In this document: positions 58,206-64,000 of the stretch, one piece after another
Layout of the letters: every line of letters begins with the position of its first letter
Position numbering within the stretch: position 1 is the stretch's first letter
Origin: Candidatus Binataceae bacterium
Lineage (GTDB): Bacteria > Desulfobacterota > Binatia > Binatales > Binataceae
Assembly (NCBI GenBank): GCA_030041155.1
Contig: JASHOJ010000047.1
Coordinates: 14,905-78,904, forward strand
Direction: 5' to 3'
DNA length: 64,000 bases
Program-made: the position numbers and the translations under genes
Notes under the pieces: generated by a model
The model's database searches: none
What the model was told of the DNA's origin: nothing
Seen by the model: only the letters and a program-made list of their open reading frames with translations

Positions 58206-61109
58206 CTAGCGTGGAGTTGCGAGCGCGGAGTCCAGAACCTGCGCGAGATGCAGCGGCTCTACGCCGGGGCACAGATGGCGAATCTGCGTCCGGCAGGAAA
58301 ATCCGTCGGCAATAACCGTTGTGTTTGTGCCGGCGGCGCGGATTGCCGGACCGAGGACGCGCTCACCCGCGGCGATCGATACCGCGTAGTGATCGGCGCT
58401 GTAGCCGAACCCGCCTGCCATCCCGCAGCATCCGGCGTCGAGCACGTCCAGCTTGAGACCGCGGCATCGCGCAAGAATGGCGGTCTCGGTCTCAATTCCG
58501 GCGATAGACTTCTGATGGCAATGTCCGTGCAGGATCGCTCTGCCCGCGATCGCCGGCGGATCGAACGACGATGCTTCACGGGCAAGAAATTCATCGAGCA
58601 GCATTGCGCGCGCTCCCAGAGCGGTCGCGCGATGATCGCGAGGGAAGAGCGCCGGCAGCTCATCGCGGAACGTGAGGATACAGCTCGGTTCAAGCCCGAT
58701 AATTGGAATGCCGGCATCAGCTTCCTGCGCAAGCGCGTCCATCGCGGAGGACAGAAGATGCCTTGCGCGATCGAGCATCCCCTGATCGTAGAGCGGCCGT
58801 CCGCAGCAAAGATCGCGCGCGGGTATCGTGACGCGAAAGCCGGCGCGTTCGAGCACGCGGGTTGCGGCGATCGCGACTTCCGGTTCGAAGTGATTGGTGA
58901 AAGTGTCCGGAAACAGGATGACTCGCCGTGCGTCCGACGGCGGATTTTTGCGCGTGTTGCGTGCGAACCACGATCGGAAGGTCTCAGGCGCGAAGCGCGG
59001 CAGAGCGCGAGCGGCGGCGAAGCCGAGCGCGAGCCGCGCCAGAGCACCGGCGGCGGGAGTGTGCGTGATGGCGTTGGCGATACGCGGGGCGAAAGCGGCG
59101 GCGCGCGCGATCTCGTGCAGCCGCCCAAAGAACAGCGCCGCGGGCGGGCGGCGATGCTCCTGATAGTAGTGGGAGAAGAACTCAGCCCGATACGCCGCCA
59201 TATCCACCGAGGACGGACATTCCTTTTTGCATCCCTTGCACGCGAGGCAGAGGTCGAGCGCTTCCTTCACGGCGTCATCGGTGAATCCACGCGGCAGCAA
59301 ATCGGTCGTGAGCCCATCGAACAGGATACGGGCTCGGCCGCGGGTTGAGTGCTTTTCATCGCGGGTCGCCATGTAGGACGGGCACATCACGCCAGCATCG
59401 GTTTTTCGGCACTTCCCGATTCCGACGCACTTGAGCGCCGCGCCCGCAAGGCCGCCTTCATCGCTAAAATCGAAATGAGTGGAAATCTCGCGCGGCCTGC
59501 GAGTCCCGGCAAACGCGGCGGCAATCTTCAGATGCGAATCGATCGGATGCGGATTCACCAGCACGCCGGGATTCATGCGTGAATCGGGATCGAACGCGCG
59601 TTTGAAATCCGCGAAGGCGTCGATAATTTTGCGCGGATAGATGACGGGCAGGAGCTCCGATCTGGCGATTCCGTCGCCATGCTCGCCGGAAATCGAGCCG
59701 CCGAACTCCGCGACAATATCGCCGAGCTCTCGCATCGCGGATCGAAACGTCGCGATTCCTCTTTCAGTCGTGAAATCGAAGCTGATGCGCGCGTGAACGC
59801 ATCCCTCGCCAAAGTGGCCGTAGTAGGTCGCGACGGTGAGCGCATGACGCTGGACCATCGCATCGAAGCGGCGCAGATAATCACCAAGGCGCGCGGGCGG
59901 CACGGCCGCATCCTCGGCGCCGGGCCAGGTGCGGGGCCGTCCGGCAATATAGGCGCTGGAGCCGAGACCTGACTCGCGAATTTTCCACACCGCGTCCTGC
60001 TCGCGCTCATCGGTCAGGAGCGCCGCGCCGGTGCATCGGGGAAGCCTTCGCGCCTCGGCGAGCATCTGCTCGGCGCGCGCCCGCGCCTCAGCGGGATTCG
60101 ACCCGCCCAGCTCCGTGACCAGGAATGCACTCCCGGCAGGCAGGAAGCGGACGCCGGGCATCTTTTTCTCGCGCGCGATATCCGGCAGCTTGTGATCGAA
60201 GCCTTCGAGCGCCTCGGGCCGATGCGCCAGCATCCAGGGCATCTGATCGCCCGCGACGAACACATCGTCAAATCCGAGGACAATCACGGCGACACTTTTC
60301 GGGCGCGGCACGACTCGCAAGCTCGCCTTAAGCGTAATTCCGAGCGTGCCCTCAGACCCGACCATCGCGCGCGCCAGATTGAAGCCGCGTTCGGGCAGCA
60401 GATCGTCGAGATTGTAACCCGAGACGCGGCGCGGGATGTGGGGAAAATGATCGCGAACCTCGTCCCCGACTCGGTCGCGCAAGGCGAGCAGCGCCGCGGC
60501 CAGCTCGCCCTCGCGCTCGGAGCGCTTGCGCGCCGCGGTGACGATTGATTTATCGGGGAGATTCGCATTCGCGCCGAGCGAGAGCGTGGTGCCGTCGTAG
60601 AGCATCGCTTCGAGCGACTGGAGATTATCGGCGGTCTTGCCGTATGCCGCGGAATGAGCGCCGCAGGAGTTGTTGCCGATCATCCCGCCGATTGTGCATC
60701 GATCCTTGGTCGACGGGTCGGGCGCGAAAAAGAGGCCGTGCGGCCAGAGCGCCGAGTTGAGATCGCTCTGAACGACACCCGGCTCGACGACGGCGGTGTG
60801 CGACGCGGGATCGATCGCGAGCACTCGATTCATGTATTTGGAAAAATCGAGCACCAGCGCGGTGTTGGTGCATTGCCCGCCAAGGCTGGTGCCGCCGCCG
60901 CGCGCGAGAATCGGGATTGCGTTTTCGCGCGCGAGCGAAAGCGCGGCCTCGATGTCACCCCGATTGCGAGGAGCGACTATTCCGATCGGGACCTGGCGGT
61001 AATTGGACGCGTCCGTCGAGTAGACTGAGAGACTGCCGATATCGAAGCGGACATCGCCTTCGATAATTGACGCAAGCTTGCGTTCCAGCGCTTTGGTCGC
61101 GGGCGTCAT
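58206..61109 (-). CDS. fused FAD-linked oxidase / Fe-S (CCG-domain) oxidoreductase (GlcD-GlcF/Dld-like)
   Basis: N-terminal PCMH FAD domain, central CxxCxxCxxxCP ferredoxin motifs and C-terminal CCG repeats (CCGRPL, CCGMAGG). Confidence 0.75.
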   Translation of the reverse strand: MTPATKALERKLASIIEGDVRFDIGSLSVYSTDASNYRQVPIGIVAPRNRGDIEAALSLARENAIPILARGGGTSLGGQCTNTALVLDFSKYMNRVLAIDPASHTAVVEPGVVQSDLNSALWPHGLFFAPDPSTKDRCTIGGMIGNNSCGAHSAAYGKTADNLQSLEAMLYDGTTLSLGANANLPDKSIVTAARKRSEREGELAAALLALRDRVGDEVRDHFPHIPRRVSGYNLDDLLPERGFNLARAMVGSEGTLGITLKASLRVVPRPKSVAVIVLGFDDVFVAGDQMPWMLAHRPEALEGFDHKLPDIAREKKMPGVRFLPAGSAFLVTELGGSNPAEARARAEQMLAEARRLPRCTGAALLTDEREQDAVWKIRESGLGSSAYIAGRPRTWPGAEDAAVPPARLGDYLRRFDAMVQRHALTVATYYGHFGEGCVHARISFDFTTERGIATFRSAMRELGDIVAEFGGSISGEHGDGIARSELLPVIYPRKIIDAFADFKRAFDPDSRMNPGVLVNPHPIDSHLKIAAAFAGTRRPREISTHFDFSDEGGLAGAALKCVGIGKCRKTDAGVMCPSYMATRDEKHSTRGRARILFDGLTTDLLPRGFTDDAVKEALDLCLACKGCKKECPSSVDMAAYRAEFFSHYYQEHRRPPAALFFGRLHEIARAAAFAPRIANAITHTPAAGALARLALGFAAARALPRFAPETFRSWFARNTRKNPPSDARRVILFPDTFTNHFEPEVAIAATRVLERAGFRVTIPARDLCCGRPLYDQGMLDRARHLLSSAMDALAQEADAGIPIIGLEPSCILTFRDELPALFPRDHRATALGARAMLLDEFLAREASSFDPPAIAGRAILHGHCHQKSIAGIETETAILARCRGLKLDVLDAGCCGMAGGFGYSADHYAVSIAAGERVLGPAIRAAGTNTTVIADGFSCRTQIRHLCPGVEPLHLAQVLDSALATPR

Positions 61110-61222
61110 CGGCGGAGAACGAGTCTATCGCGATAACGATCCGAAGCGGATATCGCGCGTAAGGCCAGTTCGCGGTCTTTCTAACCGCGGTAACGCGCGG
61201 AAAATGAGCGAGGCAATCGGCG

Positions 61223-62476
61223 CTAGAGGTCGATGTCCTTCATGCCCTCGCGCGGCGCACCGACGATCGCGACCATGTTGCCCTCGGGCGCCTCGTTGTC
61301 GTGCATCAGGCCGTGGGTGTGGCCGATATCGTCGAATTTATAGGTGCCAGCCAGGCATGGATCGATTTTTCCGTCGATAACTAACTGGTTGAATGCATAC
61401 GACTGCTCGTCGTTGGCAAAATGCGATCCCTGCAACCGCTTTTGCCGCATCCAGAGATAGCGCAAATCCACGACCGCATTGTAACCAGTGGTGCCCGCGC
61501 AGATGACGACCATCCCGCCGGTATCGCACACGAAAATCGAGGTTGGAGTCGTGTCTTCGCCGGGATGCTCGAAAACGATGCTCGGGCTTTTGCGCTCGCC
61601 GACGATGTCCCAAATCGCCTTGCCGAAAGCGCGGCATTCGGCGGCCCACTTGTTGTATTTCGCCGTGTCGGTCCAGTGCGGCATCATCCCCCAGTGAGAA
61701 AAATTCTTGCGATTGATGCATCCCCTGGCGCCGAGCCTAATGCAGAATGCGGCTTTTTTTTCGCTGCTGACGACCGCTACCGGAATGCCACCGGCAGCTT
61801 TTACGATCTGGATAGCCATGCATCCGAGTCCGCCCGCCGCGCCCCAAATGAGAACGACCTCGCCCTCGCGCACGACGTTCGGCGGCCAGCCCATCAGCAT
61901 TCGATAGGTGGTTGCGCCGACCAGCGTTGGAGCTGCCGCTTCTTCCCATGTGAGATGCTTCGCCTTCGGCATGCACTGATGCGCCTGTACGCGGGTGAAC
62001 TGGGCGAAGCTTCCCCAATTGGTTTCGTAGCCCCAGATTTTGAAAGTGGGATCGTACATCGGATCGGTGCCGTTGCGGACCGCGGGGCAATCGCGATCCC
62101 ATACACCGCAGTGAATTACCACTCGGTCGCCGACCTTAAGGTTGCTTACCTCGGGACCGACCGCGTACACGATTCCCGACGCGTCGCTGCCGCCGATATG
62201 AAAATCGGTCGGGTCGTATCCGGATTTATTGCGCGCCGCGATAACGTCGATAGGCAGGCCGAGCGCCGCAAAGACGTTGTTGCGATTTATTCCCGCGGCC
62301 ATCACGTACACGAGCACCTCGCCCGGCCGCAACTCGGGAATCGCGATTTTTTCGGTTTTGAATGCCTTGCGCGGATGTCCGAAGCGGTCGGCCCGGATCA
62401 CCTGCGCGTACATGAGTTTCGGAATCTGCCCGAGCGGGGGCACCTCGCCTAATTCGAAGATTTCTCTCTTGCTCAT
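61223..62476 (-). CDS. ccr: crotonyl-CoA carboxylase/reductase
   Basis: Ccr-specific N-terminus [24 protein letters not shown] and MDR enoyl-reductase fold. Start taken at the internal ATG matching the family N-terminus. Confidence 0.75.
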   Translation of the reverse strand: MSKREIFELGEVPPLGQIPKLMYAQVIRADRFGHPRKAFKTEKIAIPELRPGEVLVYVMAAGINRNNVFAALGLPIDVIAARNKSGYDPTDFHIGGSDASGIVYAVGPEVSNLKVGDRVVIHCGVWDRDCPAVRNGTDPMYDPTFKIWGYETNWGSFAQFTRVQAHQCMPKAKHLTWEEAAAPTLVGATTYRMLMGWPPNVVREGEVVLIWGAAGGLGCMAIQIVKAAGGIPVAVVSSEKKAAFCIRLGARGCINRKNFSHWGMMPHWTDTAKYNKWAAECRAFGKAIWDIVGERKSPSIVFEHPGEDTTPTSIFVCDTGGMVVICAGTTGYNAVVDLRYLWMRQKRLQGSHFANDEQSYAFNQLVIDGKIDPCLAGTYKFDDIGHTHGLMHDNEAPEGNMVAIVGAPREGMKDIDL

Positions 62477-62790
62477 CGCGAATTTACTGCCTGCGTGTCG
62501 GCTCCTTGGTTTCCTGAGTCCAACCCCAGTCAATAAAACATCAGAATATGGGGGGCGAAGAGATTACGTATATGTTTGCCACGCATGTGACAACACCAGC
62601 GATCGGCAAGCCCTACTGCCGATATCTGAAGCCGCGAAGATGCCTCAGGTTGACGCGTAGTGTGTAATTCCATAAAAAAAGCGCAAACCGGCGCCTCCGG
62701 ATGCATCGCTATCCGCAAACCGGAACGATTCTTGCCGCCACGGTGCGATAATCCGAGTCTATACACAGGAGAGCCTCAACCCAAGGTAAA

Positions 62791-63264
62791 ATGCCGTCGC
62801 GCAAAATCGAGCGTGGCCACTACTTCGAGGATTTCGAGGTCGGCCACCTTTACAAGCATCATTGGGGCAGGACTATCACGGAGGGCGACAATTCGTTCTT
62901 CACCTCGGTCACGATGAACGCGAATCCCATTTACTTTAATCGGGAATACGCACAGTCGTTAGGCTACAAGGGCGTGGTGGTGAATCATCTGCTGGTGATG
63001 AACGTGGTGTTCGGGCTTTCGGTCGAGGATCTCAGCGAGCGCGCGATCGCGCATCTCGGCTACGAGGGCATGAAGTACCTGGCGACGGTGTATCCGGGCG
63101 ACACGCTCACCTCCGAGTCGCTGGTCGTCTCCAAGCGTGACAGCTCGCGGCCGGATCGCGGAATCGTCAAATTTCGCACCACCGGATACAATCAGCGCGG
63201 CGAGAAGGTGCTTGAATACGAGCGTCCGGTCCTGATTCGCAAGCGCAACGTGAAGTCGGAGTAG
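62791..63264 (+). CDS. MaoC-family (R)-specific enoyl-CoA hydratase/dehydratase
   Basis: Single hot-dog fold, 157 aa. Confidence 0.65.
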   Translation: MPSRKIERGHYFEDFEVGHLYKHHWGRTITEGDNSFFTSVTMNANPIYFNREYAQSLGYKGVVVNHLLVMNVVFGLSVEDLSERAIAHLGYEGMKYLATVYPGDTLTSESLVVSKRDSSRPDRGIVKFRTTGYNQRGEKVLEYERPVLIRKRNVKSE

Positions 63265-63272
63265 AGCATCAG

Positions 63273-64000
63273 ATGGCTCTGGTAACGCCCGAGCATGAAG
63301 AGATTCGCCGTTCGGTCCGCGAATTCGTGGAGGCCGAGGTCAAACCGATCGCCAATGACCTCGATCGGCAGAACAAGGAAATTCCCGAGCGTATTCTGAG
63401 CAAGATGGCCGAGCTCGGCTATTTCGGCGTGATTTTTCCCGCCGATGACGGCGGGCTTGGCCTCGATTACATCTCGATGGCGATCGTCACCGAAGAGCTG
63501 TCGCGCGGATGGCTCTCGGTCGGCTCGGTGATGACGCGCAACGTCATCACCGGCACGCTTATCAGCGCCAACGGCACGCCGGAGCAGAAGAAGCGATACT
63601 TGCCAAAGATCGCGCGCGGCGAAATTCTCACCGCCGCGGCATTTACCGAGCCTGACTCCGGCAGCGACACCGCGTCATTCAAGACTCGAGCGGTAAAGCA
63701 GGGCGACGGCTATCTGATAAAAGGATCGAAGATGTGGTGCACGTTCGCGAACCGCGCGAACATGCTGACCGTGATGACCCGGACCGACCCCGACCCGTCG
63801 AAGCGCCACAAGGGTCTGTCGCTGATTCTGTTCGAGAAAGAGCCGGGTGATAATTTCGCGCCGCCGCATCTGACCGGCTCGCCGATCCCGACCATCGGCT
63901 ATCACGGGATGCGCAGCTACGCGCTTCAATTCGAGGACGCATACGCGCCGGCCGCGAATCTTATCGGCGGTCAGGAAGGCCGCGGCTTTTATCAGTTGAT
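63273..64000 (+). CDS. acyl-CoA dehydrogenase (5' partial; runs off the window end)
   Basis: ACAD N-terminal and middle domains: AELGYFGVIFP, TEPDSGSD and GSKMWCT. Confidence 0.8.
   Translation, partial: MALVTPEHEEIRRSVREFVEAEVKPIANDLDRQNKEIPERILSKMAELGYFGVIFPADDGGLGLDYISMAIVTEELSRGWLSVGSVMTRNVITGTLISANGTPEQKKRYLPKIARGEILTAAAFTEPDSGSDTASFKTRAVKQGDGYLIKGSKMWCTFANRANMLTVMTRTDPDPSKRHKGLSLILFEKEPGDNFAPPHLTGSPIPTIGYHGMRSYALQFEDAYAPAANLIGGQEGRGFYQL

Noticed and set aside
58248-59348. 366-aa plus-strand ORF and several other long ORFs inside 58206-61109
   Set aside because: All lie within or antisense to the 967-aa FAD/Fe-S oxidase and have low-complexity products.
62534-62790. TTGACG...TAAAAA promoter-like elements in the ccr/MaoC intergenic region
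   Set aside because: Several equally weak -35/-10 combinations. I cannot choose among them without a transcription start site.
1-64000. Searched for CRISPR arrays, tRNA/rRNA/tmRNA/RNase P signatures and for IS/transposase or integrase genes
   Set aside because: No regularly spaced direct repeats, no tRNA-like cloverleaf candidates, no tmRNA tag reading frame, no conserved RNase P GGAAAGTCCGG box, and no transposase or integrase motifs were found.

Overview
High-GC (~65%) bacterial chromosomal segment, densely coded on both strands and probably of largely vertical descent. The content is consistent with an Acidobacteria/Rokubacteria/Binatia-type soil lineage; I cannot confirm the lineage from sequence alone. 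Many long antisense ORFs in the six-frame track are GC artefacts. No rRNA, tRNA, CRISPR, transposase or integrase was found. The central landmark is a hopanoid biosynthesis supercluster at ~8.8-22.6 kb. It contains hpnH, an FPP-synthase-type ispA, an embedded Zn-alcohol dehydrogenase, shc, dxr, hpnC, hpnD, hpnE, hpnA, a DUF422-like membrane protein, convergent hpnG, hpnK and a GNAT acetyltransferase. A TetR-family regulator sits immediately upstream of hpnH. The most novel-looking element is a translationally coupled five-gene operon at 0.74-4.95 kb, directly upstream of the hopanoid region. It encodes a HAD hydrolase, a sugar-phosphate nucleotidyltransferase, an atypical ATP-grasp-like protein, a class-III aminotransferase and a GmhB-like phosphatase. 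An LLM flavin/F420-type oxidoreductase and an inositol-dehydrogenase-family (Gfo/Idh/MocA) enzyme follow it. Together these read as an uncharacterised nucleotide-activated amino-sugar/aminocyclitol-phosphate pathway. It may be linked to hopanoid or envelope head-group modification, since the aminotransferase could be an HpnO analogue. Other content: aminopeptidase N; a lipid/xenobiotic neighbourhood with a desaturase, a PaaX-like regulator, a VOC protein, an aldo/keto reductase, a haloalkane-dehalogenase-like hydrolase and an alkyl-DHAP-synthase-like FAD oxidase; malQ; two FtsX-type ABC permeases with no ATPase; an orphan secF preceded by two small zinc-ribbon proteins; an APH-like kinase beside a GAF-PAS sigma54 activator; an AhpD-like/disulfide reductase pair; and a complete iscSUA-hscBA-iscX operon. 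The isc operon lacks iscR and fdx but carries a strong sigma70 promoter overlapped by an IscR/Rrf2-type palindrome. The window ends with a minus-strand ccr, FAD/Fe-S oxidase, LLM oxidoreductase string, followed by a MaoC dehydratase and a partial acyl-CoA dehydrogenase.
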